NCBI GenBank assembly: GCA_963841435.1
Contig: CAWJCS010000003.1
Location: forward strand, 1,408,001 to 1,472,000
Reading direction: 5' to 3'
DNA length: 64,000 nt
From: an uncultured delta proteobacterium
Lineage (GTDB): Bacteria; Myxococcota_A; Polyangia; Polyangiales; Polyangiaceae
Part shown: positions 27,891 through 37,252 of the stretch, one piece after another
Layout: every line of letters starts with the position of its first letter
Position numbering within the stretch: position 1 is the stretch's first letter
The notes under the pieces: model-generated
Seen by the model: only the letters and a program-made list of their open reading frames with translations
Databases searched by the model: none
What the model was told of the DNA's origin: nothing
Position numbers and translations under genes: made by a program

Positions 27891-28280
27891 ATGACCGACA
27901 CACGGAACGCTGGACCCATTGCCTGCGACATCAGCCAGATCCCGGCGGAGCTTCGCGAGCGCCTCACCGTCGAGCTGAAGAAGACCTTCGAACGCGTGCG
28001 TGCCGTGCACCCGCTCGAAGACGGCTACGCGCTCGAATTCCCCAGCGAGCACGGCACCGTCGAGAATCTCGGCGAGATCATCGAGTACGACCGGCGCTGC
28101 TGCCCGTTCATTCGCCATGCGCTCATCGACGAGCCTTGGGGCGGCCCGATCCGGCTCGAGCTCACCGGCACGCCGGAGGTGCGCGCGTTCGTGGCGGCGG
28201 AGCTCCTGCCGCTCTTGCCGCCGGGCGTCCGCGTGCCGTCGGACACGCGAACGGTGGCGGGCGAAGCAGAGCACCGCTGA
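27891..28280 (+). CDS. Small Cys-containing protein (IAC...CCPF), target of the MerR regulator
   Basis: AAGGAG RBS; PIACDI and DRRCCPF motifs. Confidence 0.8.
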   Translation: MTDTRNAGPIACDISQIPAELRERLTVELKKTFERVRAVHPLEDGYALEFPSEHGTVENLGEIIEYDRRCCPFIRHALIDEPWGGPIRLELTGTPEVRAFVAAELLPLLPPGVRVPSDTRTVAGEAEHR

Positions 28281-28322
28281 CGAGGCGCACCTGATGGCAC
28301 GGCGTGGCGGCGCGCCTGGCGC

Positions 28323-29612
28323 CTACTTCATCCCAGCGGGCGCCGCGCTCTTGCTCGCGAACTTTTCCGGCTCTTTTTCGAACCGCTCGCGGCACGATTC
28401 CGAGCAAAAATAGAAGTGCTTGCCCGCGTGCTCGGCCTTTGGCGTATCCGTAGCGACACGCACGCTCATGCCGCAAACCGGATCGGTCGCGATGCTCGGC
28501 AGCTCGCTCGCCGGGGGAGCGGCGCTCGCCGGGGCGGACGCCGCGGCACCGGCTGGCACGGATGCCGTGCTCCGCCCGGTTGCGGCGGCGGCCTTTGCCT
28601 CGGGCGCCTTCGCGACCGGCTCGGGCGCTCGTTGCGACAGCACGTAGGCGACGAGCCGTTCGAGCTCGTCCTTGGACAGCTCCTCGGAGAACGATGGCAT
28701 GAGATTCAAGTAGCCGCGCACGAGCTTGACGCCGGGGGCTGTGATCGATTCGCGGACGTACGCGGCGTCCGCGGTCGCGCTGCCACCGCCTTCGAAGGAA
28801 ACGGCGCGACCCGCGAGCCCGGCGACGGCGGGCGCGACCTTGGGGTCGTCGTGACAGGCGGCACAGCGGAGCGAGGCGTAGAGCGCCTCGCCGGTGGCGT
28901 CACCGGGGCGCCGAGGGGTGCCGGCACCGCCGAGCAGCGAGCTCGCGTCGTCGGCGAGCCGGTCGAGGGCCCGAGCGTCGCTGCTGTCGTAAACGCCACG
29001 CACGCTGCCGCGTCCGTCGACGAGAAAAAACATGCTGCTGTGGACGATGGGGTTTTGGGGGTCGTCGCTCGTCTCGCGGGCGACGCGCATACCCTGCGTG
29101 ATCTCGGCAAGCCCCTTTTCATCGGTCCTAAGGAGGAGCCAGCGGGTCTCGGCCGGGTTCCATTTTTCTTGGTAGCTTGCGAGGGCCTGCTCGGTGTCGT
29201 GCTCGGGGTCGACCGAGAAGGACACGAAGCGCAGCGCCGGCTGAGTGAGGCGTCGCTGCACGGCGACCATCCGCGCCGTGATGAGGGGGCAAGCGCTCGT
29301 GCACGTCGTGTAGATGAAGTCGGCGACGAAAGGACGGCCCGCGAGATCGCCGAGCTTCGTGACCTTGCCGTGCTGGTCGTTGAAGGCAAAGCTCGGCGCT
29401 TGCCAGAGCTCGGGCAGACCCGCGTCGGTCGTGAGCTTTCTGTACGCGAACGTCTCGGCGGCCGGCCCGGCCGCCGAGACTCGGACGCTGTGGTAGGCGA
29501 GCACGCCGAGCACGAGCGTGCCCGCGGCGAGAACGACGAGGAGCGCGATGAGGGGGCGCGTCACTGGGTTCGGTCCCGCCGGGGGACGCTCGGCTCGCGG
29601 CGGGGGGCGCAT
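28323..29612 (-). CDS. SCO1/SenC + cytochrome c + YHS-domain fusion
   Basis: TM anchor, FIYTTCTSACP and IVHSS (SCO); CAACH...MP (cytochrome c); TDPVCGM...FYFCSESC (YHS). Start uncertain. Confidence 0.85.
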   Translation of the reverse strand: MRPPPRAERPPAGPNPVTRPLIALLVVLAAGTLVLGVLAYHSVRVSAAGPAAETFAYRKLTTDAGLPELWQAPSFAFNDQHGKVTKLGDLAGRPFVADFIYTTCTSACPLITARMVAVQRRLTQPALRFVSFSVDPEHDTEQALASYQEKWNPAETRWLLLRTDEKGLAEITQGMRVARETSDDPQNPIVHSSMFFLVDGRGSVRGVYDSSDARALDRLADDASSLLGGAGTPRRPGDATGEALYASLRCAACHDDPKVAPAVAGLAGRAVSFEGGGSATADAAYVRESITAPGVKLVRGYLNLMPSFSEELSKDELERLVAYVLSQRAPEPVAKAPEAKAAAATGRSTASVPAGAAASAPASAAPPASELPSIATDPVCGMSVRVATDTPKAEHAGKHFYFCSESCRERFEKEPEKFASKSAAPAGMK

Positions 29613-29784
29613 GGCGGCGCACCTTACCGCTCGAAGCCGGGCCGGCAAATCCGGGCGTACCATTGGCACGACGCGATCATCCCGGCATCCCCATAGGCAA
29701 GCTGGCGCGCGACCGCGCGCCAAGCGATTCGCGGACTTCGCTGCTTGTTGCCACTCGGCAGGCGCTTGGCGGTACCTGAACGGT

Positions 29785-30777
29785 ATGAGCACCCAAGCGG
29801 ACGGCGGCCCGGGGCAGAGCTCGGCCCCGATCCCCGAGGATTCTGACGCGATCGACGCGGGCTGGGATGACGCAGCGGTGACGGAAGCCCCGGCGAGCTC
29901 GGGCATGGCCGCTGCACGCGACGAAACGGAAGCCGCCGCGGTGCAGCTCGCCCAACCCGAAAGGGCCGAGCCGGTCGGCTCGATGACCGCCGTTCCGAGC
30001 AAAACGTCCACCCTGGCTGCGAAGGGAACGAAAAGCGATACGAGGACCACCGCCGCGAACGGACGAGCGCGCGTCAGTGACGACGACGGCACGCTGCGGC
30101 CGAGCGCAGTTCAGACGCCCGAGGGCGATCGCGAGGCGCGGGGCCTCGCGCGGTTCGTGACGACGCTCGCGATCGCGGCCGTCCTCGCGCTCGTGGGTCT
30201 GGTCGCGCTGCGACAAGGCGGGCGGAGCGCGCCCGAGGCCGAACGCGGCGCCGTCACGCACACGGAAGAGACTCCGCCGAAGGTAGCCGCCCAGGCCCCG
30301 ACTCCGACCGAGCCGAGCCCGCCCGCCATGGCGACCGACCCGACTCCTGCCGCGGCTCCCGCCAGCCCCGCCGAAGCGACTCCACCCGCGGCGCCTCCCG
30401 CAAGCTCGGTCGAGGCGGCGGCCCCGAGCGAGCCGGAGGCGAAGCCCGCCCCGACGAGCCCCGCGGCCGCGAGCGCCACCGAGGTGACCGTGAGGTCCGT
30501 CCCTGCGGGAGCCATCTTCTTCCAGAGCGGAAGGAAGCTCGGCGTGGGGACGGTGACCGTTAGCGTCGAGCCACGCTCGAAGCGGCATCTCACGGCGCTG
30601 CTCAACGGCTACGCGCCCATGAACTTCGCGGTCAACGGCTCACGGAGCGAGGTCACGGTGCTGCTCAAGCCGGTGCCCCGACCGAGCCCCGCCGAGCAGG
30701 ACGTCGCCGACGGCGCGCAGACCGACGTACACGCCGGCGCTGCCGACGAGAGCCCCGCGAGCAATCAGGGGCAGTAG
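29785..30777 (+). CDS. Single-pass membrane protein with Pro/Ala linker and PEGA-like C-terminal domain
   Basis: TM LAIAAVLALVGLVAL; VTVRSVPAGAIFF...LNGYAP. Confidence 0.65.
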   Translation: MSTQADGGPGQSSAPIPEDSDAIDAGWDDAAVTEAPASSGMAAARDETEAAAVQLAQPERAEPVGSMTAVPSKTSTLAAKGTKSDTRTTAANGRARVSDDDGTLRPSAVQTPEGDREARGLARFVTTLAIAAVLALVGLVALRQGGRSAPEAERGAVTHTEETPPKVAAQAPTPTEPSPPAMATDPTPAAAPASPAEATPPAAPPASSVEAAAPSEPEAKPAPTSPAAASATEVTVRSVPAGAIFFQSGRKLGVGTVTVSVEPRSKRHLTALLNGYAPMNFAVNGSRSEVTVLLKPVPRPSPAEQDVADGAQTDVHAGAADESPASNQGQ

Positions 30778-31145
30778 TAGACGACGCGGTAGCAGCACTC
30801 GCTGTCCTTGTCGCTCGTGAGCACGTACTCGTCGAGCGAATCGTAACCGTTCAGGGTCTCGATGGCGTCGAGCTGCTGACCGCTCGGGCAGCCGCTCGCC
30901 GGGTCCCAGCTTGCGGCGAGCTGGAGCAGGGACGACGAGGCGCCGGAAGAGGTCGCCTGCCCGCCTTCGCCACCCTGACCACCTGCGGACGAACCGAGCG
31001 CGGTGTCGCGCTGCGTCCGGAGCTGGACGAGGGTGTAACAGTCGGCACCGTCCGGCGGGCACGAGCTACCGCAGGCGGACGGCAACCACGCCGTAGCCAA
31101 GCAGACGAGAAGTCCCAGACTCGGAGCAAGCCAGCGCACGGGCAC
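30765..31145 (-). CDS. Small Cys-rich lipoprotein
   Basis: Signal peptide with PSAC lipobox; C-terminal ECCYRVVYYCP. Confidence 0.6.
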   Translation of the reverse strand: MPVRWLAPSLGLLVCLATAWLPSACGSSCPPDGADCYTLVQLRTQRDTALGSSAGGQGGEGGQATSSGASSSLLQLAASWDPASGCPSGQQLDAIETLNGYDSLDEYVLTSDKDSECCYRVVYYCP

Positions 31146-31206
31146 CCTTTTACGCCCGAGCCGCCGGGAACACGAAGAAATCGGGACCCCATCGGCGGCG
31201 GCAGCC

Positions 31207-32252
31207 TCAGGGGCTTTCCTGGACGATGAGCGTGTGACCGTCGCGGTCGCGCACGAGCGCACGATGCTCGGCCGGCGGCACCGGGACGGTGGTCCCTCCG
31301 TTGCTCTTTGCCGCGCGCTCGACCTCGGCGACGCTCGCGGCGGAAAGCACGAGCCGCGTCGAAAAGAGGTCGTTCGGTCGCACGTCGGCAGGCGCCGTCC
31401 GGCCGCCGCGCGGCGCCAGGTACTCGAGCAGCTCGATGCCCATCCCCGACGGCGCGCGCAGCGCCGGTGATCCTCAGGTGGGCGCCGAACACGCCGTTCA
31501 GGTGCTCCTGCTCGGGCCCGAAGTTGTCCGCCTCACCCGCAACGCGCAGGCCGAGGGCGTCACGGTAAAAGCCGAGGCTCGCATCCGTGTCGGAGACGGT
31601 GATGGCGGTGTGGTCGATGCCCTGGAAAAGACAGAGTTCGTGCGGGGAGCGTCGGCACGAGGCGGCGCGTTGCCAGCGTGGGTCGCCCTTGCCCCGCGGG
31701 AAGTGAATGAGCTCGAGTGGGTGGCCGTCGGGGTCGGCGAAGTAGAAGGCTTCGATGCCGCCCGCCGCGCGGTTCCACGCGGGAAGCTTCTGCGGTGTCG
31801 AGGAGATCTGCGAGACGTGGTGTGCGCGAAGCCAGGCGTAGGAGCGCCCCATGTCGCTTACGACAATCGCGAGGTGCTGGAACCAGAGAATCGTTGCCTT
31901 GGGTGTCGGCTGGCACGGGCCGGCCGCCGCGAGGGGCCGAGAACTCGAGCAGTAGGATGCGTTCGCTGCCGAGCGTGAGCTCCTGGCTTCGCACCCGCGC
32001 CGCGCCGGCACCGACGCGCGCCGTCCCGGCTGGAGCGGCATCGGTCGCGGGGCTCGCTTCGAAGCCCAAGAGCTCGAAGAACGAGCGCGAGCGCTCGAGG
32101 TCGGCAACGACAATCTCCACGCGCTCGACGGCGCGCGCGAGAGGCGGCGTGTCAGCGACGACCGGTGCGGGCTCACCCGCTTGGGCGCGCGAGGCACCGA
32201 GCCCGAACAGCGTGGCCGCGAGCACGGCGCAGAGGAAGCGGGGCGACGACAT
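31207..32252 (-). CDS. Secreted VOC/glyoxalase-family protein, split by two +1 frameshifts
   Basis: IVVADLERS, WFQHLAIVVSDM, YFADPDGHPLELI, IDHTAITVSD and DRDGH in three frames. Removing single bases near 31889 and 31465 gives 347 aa. Confidence 0.82.
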
Positions 32253-32392
32253 GCCGCCTCTACGCTCGCGTGCCGGCAGGGTTACAGCGCCGGGGAGGTG
32301 GGAGTCGCGAGCGTCGGCGCCGGTGGAAGCGTCGCTGCGGTCGTCGGGGTCGAGTCCGTAACCGGGTGCCGGGGCTCGGCGTAGCCGCGCCG

Positions 32393-33325
32393 ATGACGAT
32401 CCACGCCGCCCGAGAGGGGGTCCGTGCCGACGGTGCAGCCTCGGATGCAAAAGACTCCCCGGCAACGAGGCTCGGCGTCGGAGCGTACCTCATGGACGGC
32501 GCGCTGCTCGGGCTCTTCATGATCTCGGCGTGCGGCTTCGTCGCGCTTTTCGAGCACCCGGCGTCCCCCGTTCACGCGCTCGTCCCTTCGGCGTTCGTGC
32601 GGCGCGCGCTCGTCGGTCTCGCCATGGGGGTAACGGCCGTCCTGCTCATTTACAGCCCGTGGGGCAAGCGCAGCGGCGCGCTGATGAACCCCGCCATGAC
32701 GCTCTCGTTCCTCAGGCTCCAAAAGCTCTCGCCCACCCAAGCGCTCGGCTTCGCGAGCGCTCAGTTCGGCCTGGGCGCGCTGGGCGTGGTCCTTTCGAAG
32801 CTCGCGCTCGGGCGCTGGGTGAGCGACCCGGCGGTTCGCTACGCCGTCACCGAACCCGGGGCGTACGGCGCGGGCGTCGCGTGGGTCGCCGAGCTCGGCA
32901 TCGCGTTCGTGCTCGTGACCGTCGTCATGGCCGTCAATCGCGTCCCCGCGCTCGCGCGCTTCGGGGGCTTCTTCGCCGCGGCGCTCGTCGCGCTCTACAT
33001 CACGTTCGAGGCGCCGCTCTCGGGCATGAGCCTGAACCCCGCGCGCACCTTCGCGTCCGCCGTGGTCGCCGGCTCGTACGACGGCATCTGGATTTATCTC
33101 ACGGCGCCGACGCTCGGCATGCTGCTCGGCGTCGAGTGGGATCGCCGGCGCAACGCGCCGGGCGAGCCGTGCGGCAAGCTCTGCCACGACGCCGGCACGC
33201 CCTCGGCGATTCCGTGTCGTTGCCTCGAGCCCCGTTCGAGCGCCGCCTCTTCCGACCGCGAAGCCGGGGATGGGGCGGGGGCCGGCCGCCCGCAGGGCCG
33301 AAGGCCCGAGGACGGACGGGGGTAG
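32393..33325 (+). CDS. Aquaporin (MIP family)
   Basis: SGALMNPA and SLNPART motifs; Cys-rich tail CGKLCH...CRC. Confidence 0.9.
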   Translation: MTIHAAREGVRADGAASDAKDSPATRLGVGAYLMDGALLGLFMISACGFVALFEHPASPVHALVPSAFVRRALVGLAMGVTAVLLIYSPWGKRSGALMNPAMTLSFLRLQKLSPTQALGFASAQFGLGALGVVLSKLALGRWVSDPAVRYAVTEPGAYGAGVAWVAELGIAFVLVTVVMAVNRVPALARFGGFFAAALVALYITFEAPLSGMSLNPARTFASAVVAGSYDGIWIYLTAPTLGMLLGVEWDRRRNAPGEPCGKLCHDAGTPSAIPCRCLEPRSSAASSDREAGDGAGAGRPQGRRPEDGRG

Positions 33326-33336
33326 GCGCCCGAGCT

Positions 33337-33780
33337 TCAAACGGCGGGAGCGAGCTCGGACGTGCACGCCTTGCAGCGCGTCGCCTGCTTGGGAACGCTT
33401 TCGAGGCAGAAGGGACACGCGCGCGTGTCGGGCTCGGCTGCGGGCGGTGGCGGCGCTGCGAGCCGCGCCTCGGCCGCCTTGACGATGCGACTCACGATTA
33501 AAAAGAGCGCCATGGCAACGATGAGGAAGTCGAGCACGGCACCGAAAAAATCGCCGTACTTCAGCACGACGCTGTCCTTGGGATCCGCCGCTTCACGCAA
33601 GACGAAGACGTGATTGCGCCAGTCACCGCTCGGCAGGACCAGGGCCACGAAGGGCATCACGAGGTCGGCGACGAGCGCCGAAACGATCTTGCCGAACGCG
33701 CCACCGATGATCACGCCGACGGCGAGGTCGACGACGTTGCCCTTGAACGCGAACTTCTTGAAATCGTCGAGAAGCGCCAT
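33337..33780 (-). CDS. mscL: Large-conductance mechanosensitive channel
   Basis: FKKFAFKGNVVDLAVGVIIGGAFGKIVSALV; C-terminal CPFC...RCKAC. Confidence 0.95.
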   Translation of the reverse strand: MALLDDFKKFAFKGNVVDLAVGVIIGGAFGKIVSALVADLVMPFVALVLPSGDWRNHVFVLREAADPKDSVVLKYGDFFGAVLDFLIVAMALFLIVSRIVKAAEARLAAPPPPAAEPDTRACPFCLESVPKQATRCKACTSELAPAV

Positions 33781-33816
33781 GATGTAGCTAGCCTCCTTTG
33801 TCCCGCGGGACCCCGC

Positions 33817-34731
33817 TCAGCCTTCCTTCTTTGCAGAGCTGTAGGAGTACACCAAGTTGAGAGTCGTCGCCGTGTCGAGCTTCTTCTTGTCCGGCAAGGG
33901 CATATTGTCGAAGCGTGCGTTGAATCCGACGCCGAGCGCAAAGCCTCCCACGACCTGCGCCGTGAAGAGGATGTCGTAGTTGGCGCGATAGCGGGACGAG
34001 TCGACGACGCTTTGCAAGTACTCGATGCCGTTCGCGAGCGTCACGTTATCATTGAAATCATGACGAAATCCGAGGTAGGCACGCACCGAGTGGTCGGTCG
34101 CCGTCTTGTCGACCAGGCCCGTCGGGTTGCCCGCATCGTCGGTCACGACGCGCCCCTCGTCCGTGCGGACGTCGTACTGGAAATCGTAGCCGAGCTCGCC
34201 CCAGAGCGCAGTGCTCTTCAGGTTCACGAACAGGTATTTCACGCCGGGGTCGAGGTTGAGCCGGAAGGCGACGCCCTGCAGCCGATCGTGCCGCCCCGTC
34301 ACGAGGGCGAAGAGGCTCAAACGATCGACGACGTAATAGTCGTAACGCAGGCGCCCCTGCAGGTTCTCGGCCGTCGTTTCCAACGGATCGCCGGGAGCGG
34401 CGCTGCGGCCGTAGTTGCCGATGAGCGACGCACCGAGACCGTGGGGGCCGACACGCGCTTCGACGTTGCCGCTGCCGGTGCTCGCGACCATGCGCGAGTT
34501 GCCGGTGGACGAGAGCGCGCCGGCCGAAACACTCACGGCAACGCCATCGGGCTTCTCTTCGACCTTCGGCGCCTCCGGGGCGGCGCCCGGGCCCTTCGCC
34601 ACCTTCTCGATGTCGGGCGGCGGAGCCGCGGCCAGATCCTCGGCGCGAGCTCGGGACGCAGACAAAACGATGCCGAATGCTGCGGCAAAAAGGGCGAATC
34701 GCGGGGCGAATCCGGATTGCGAGAGCGGCAT
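33817..34731 (-). CDS. DUF481 (YdiY-like) outer-membrane protein
   Basis: Signal peptide, STGNS, RYDYY, HDRLQG and DTATTLNLVYSY. Confidence 0.82.
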   Translation of the reverse strand: MPLSQSGFAPRFALFAAAFGIVLSASRARAEDLAAAPPPDIEKVAKGPGAAPEAPKVEEKPDGVAVSVSAGALSSTGNSRMVASTGSGNVEARVGPHGLGASLIGNYGRSAAPGDPLETTAENLQGRLRYDYYVVDRLSLFALVTGRHDRLQGVAFRLNLDPGVKYLFVNLKSTALWGELGYDFQYDVRTDEGRVVTDDAGNPTGLVDKTATDHSVRAYLGFRHDFNDNVTLANGIEYLQSVVDSSRYRANYDILFTAQVVGGFALGVGFNARFDNMPLPDKKKLDTATTLNLVYSYSSAKKEG

Positions 34732-34872
34732 GGTCTTGACCTCCTAGGCTGAAGCGAACGGCCGGCGCCCGGGGGACTCTAGAGACCTCGCCCTCGAGCA
34801 ACAAGCCCTGTCGAAGCGGTCAAGGTGGGACACTCTTGCAGCCGCGAGCCCTCCCGGACGAAACTCGGCCGC

Positions 34873-35679
34873 ATGCATCGCGGCCTGTCGCTCCTGATTG
34901 CCCTCGCTTCTGTCGCGAGCCCGGCCTGCAACATCCCGAGGCCGACGCCCTACACCGGTGGCCCGGGGTTCCCGAGCTCCAGCCAACCGGCGGGCGGTCA
35001 GATGGCCGCTTCGGACGCTTCGGCAGCCGCCGCTGCGGGCGCGAGCGCGACGCCCGACAATCCGTTGCTCGGCCTTTGGAAGTCTTCCGATCAACAACTC
35101 GACATCAAAGGCGACGGCACGATCGTCATCAACGGCGAGCCCTTCACGTACGCCGTCGGCGGCCACACGCTGTTCGTGCAGGGGCCCGAGGGGACGGCTG
35201 CGTCATACCCCTTCGAGCTCTCGGGTGACGAGCTCAAGGTCACGGTGAACGGTCGCCTCGTCGTCTACAAGCGCCAGTCGCAGGGCATCATGGCGAACCT
35301 GGCGCCGCCGCCGGGCGGTGCGCCTGCGGCCACGCCTTCGGAGCTCGTCGGTAAGTGGTGCTACGTGGCGAACGTCACGGCGAACGACGGCGGTCGCCAG
35401 TCGAGCACGTGCTTCACGCTGAATCCCGACGGGTCGTACCAGTACCACTCCGAAACGAGCTCGAGCGGCCAGGTGAGCGGCCAGGGCTGGGGCACTTCGT
35501 CGCAGAACGACGACCAGGGGCGCTGGCAGGCGAGCGGGAACACCCTCACCGCGCAGTCGCAGAGCGGCAAGGTCTCGACGTTCACCTTCGAGAAGAGAAA
35601 CCACCCGAAGACGAACGATCCGATGCTGGTCTTCGGCAATCAGGCGTTCGTCACGTACTACCAGAAGCCGCCCTGGTAG
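34873..35679 (+). CDS. Hypothetical lipoprotein with two lipocalin-like G.W domains
   Basis: SPAC lipobox; LLGLWKS and LVGKWCY. Confidence 0.7.
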   Translation: MHRGLSLLIALASVASPACNIPRPTPYTGGPGFPSSSQPAGGQMAASDASAAAAAGASATPDNPLLGLWKSSDQQLDIKGDGTIVINGEPFTYAVGGHTLFVQGPEGTAASYPFELSGDELKVTVNGRLVVYKRQSQGIMANLAPPPGGAPAATPSELVGKWCYVANVTANDGGRQSSTCFTLNPDGSYQYHSETSSSGQVSGQGWGTSSQNDDQGRWQASGNTLTAQSQSGKVSTFTFEKRNHPKTNDPMLVFGNQAFVTYYQKPPW

Positions 35680-35734
35680 CGGGCTCGTACTACTCCGCCA
35701 GTCTTTTTCAGGAGCAGATCTCGATCGAGTCGCG

Positions 35735-36892
35735 CTAGAGCGTACCGCCGAGCGAGGCGACGCCGCGCCGTCCGTTGACGCGAAAGCTCGGGTCGCGTGC
35801 CTCGAGCTCCCTTTGGCGCTCGGCGTCGAGCCCGACGAGCGGGTCGCTCTTGTTGGTGCGAAGAGCGAGCAGGGGTGCGGGAAAGTAATCCGTCGCCTCG
35901 GCGAAGGAGACGCCGGGCGGGTAGCTCGCGTCACCGAGCGCACGCCGGTAATTCGCGTCACCCTTGAGGATGACGAGACGCGCCCCGGCGAGCTCCGCCA
36001 CCAGCTCCGCCGGCGCTTGCCAGAGTGAGTCGGGGCCGTTCCAGAACGGGTGCGACCGAAGCTCGATGCGGCCGTCAGCGAGCGCCGCCCGGAGCCGCTC
36101 GAGGAAAGTCCGCCCCGCGACGAACCTCGGCTCGCGCTCGGCGGGCGGCCGGAGGAAACCGAGGACGTCCGCCTTCGTGGCGTCGCTGACGAACGTCGGG
36201 TGAATCTTCAGGTGGAGCACGACGTTCGCTGCCAGGTGCCTGAGCACGAAGTCCACGAGCACGAGATCCAGCGTGAGCTCCGTGCCCGCGTTGTCGACGA
36301 CGACGTGGACGGGACCCGGCCGAGCGCGTGCGAGCTCGGCGGCTCGCTCGCGATCGTCGAGCAAGAGGTCATCGCTCGAAGCCTCGAGACCGTGCTCGCG
36401 AGACGCCGCGAAGCTCAGGTCCATGCGGTTGCCGAACAGCGCCGCGAAGAACAGCGCGCCGAGATCGGCGCCGCGCGCCTCGGCGAGGGCGAGCCCGCTC
36501 TCGAAGGCACGCGCGTGGGCGGGGCTCGCGTATTCTTCCTCTTTGGTCGAAAGGAACGGATCGCGGCCGGTCTCGAAATAGCCGACCCGCTCGGCCAGCT
36601 GCCGGTACGCGTACGTTTCGGCGAAGAACCAGTCGCTCGAGAGCCAGCCCTCACCCTGGCGCGCCTCGAGGGCTCGCGAAAACCCCGAGTCCGGCTGCGA
36701 GCGGACGAGTGACGGAAAAGGAGCACCGGCTCTCAGGTCGTCTGCCAGCTCCCGAACGGAGGTCGCGATCGACGCCGAGTAGTCGGGGTTCTGCGCGAGC
36801 ACCGTCTCGAGGATAGCGGGCACGCGCACGGCCATGGTGTGCCGCGCGAATTCGTTGTCGTCGGTGCGGATCCGCGGCGGACGCGAGAGCAA
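35735..36892 (-). CDS. ARMT1/DUF89 damage-control phosphatase
   Basis: FGNRMDLS, VVDNAGTEL, HPTFVSDAT, LKGDANYRR and LRTNKSD. Start uncertain. Confidence 0.88.
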   Translation of the reverse strand: MLSRPPRIRTDDNEFARHTMAVRVPAILETVLAQNPDYSASIATSVRELADDLRAGAPFPSLVRSQPDSGFSRALEARQGEGWLSSDWFFAETYAYRQLAERVGYFETGRDPFLSTKEEEYASPAHARAFESGLALAEARGADLGALFFAALFGNRMDLSFAASREHGLEASSDDLLLDDRERAAELARARPGPVHVVVDNAGTELTLDLVLVDFVLRHLAANVVLHLKIHPTFVSDATKADVLGFLRPPAEREPRFVAGRTFLERLRAALADGRIELRSHPFWNGPDSLWQAPAELVAELAGARLVILKGDANYRRALGDASYPPGVSFAEATDYFPAPLLALRTNKSDPLVGLDAERQRELEARDPSFRVNGRRGVASLGGTL

Positions 36893-37252
36893 GGGGGACG
36901 GAATGCTCGCGCGGGCGCCCGCCGCGGGCAACCCCGGGAGGCGACCCACGCGTTCTCGAGCCGCGGCGGACTGCGTGCGGTCGACGACGTGATCCGGGTG
37001 CTGGCGCCGCTCGACGAAGCCTGGCGCGGCCGTCCGGGAGCAGGGCCGCGCTGACGCCGTCCGGGCCCGCTGACTCGAGCTCGGTTCGCCGGCCAGTCGG
37101 GGGGCCGGGTGGGTGGGTGGACGGAACGTGACCACCCGTTTTCGTGATCGGGGAACGCTCGACGCGCATTGATGCGGCTGGCGTGACGACCACGCCGGCC
37201 TTCGCCTCGCCGGGACCCGTGAGCGACGGAGCCCTTGTCGGCGCGTCCCCGC

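Noticed and set aside
29613-30092. N-terminal extension of the SCO fusion
   Set aside because: Overlaps the + strand gene at 29785 in antisense and has no protein-like features.
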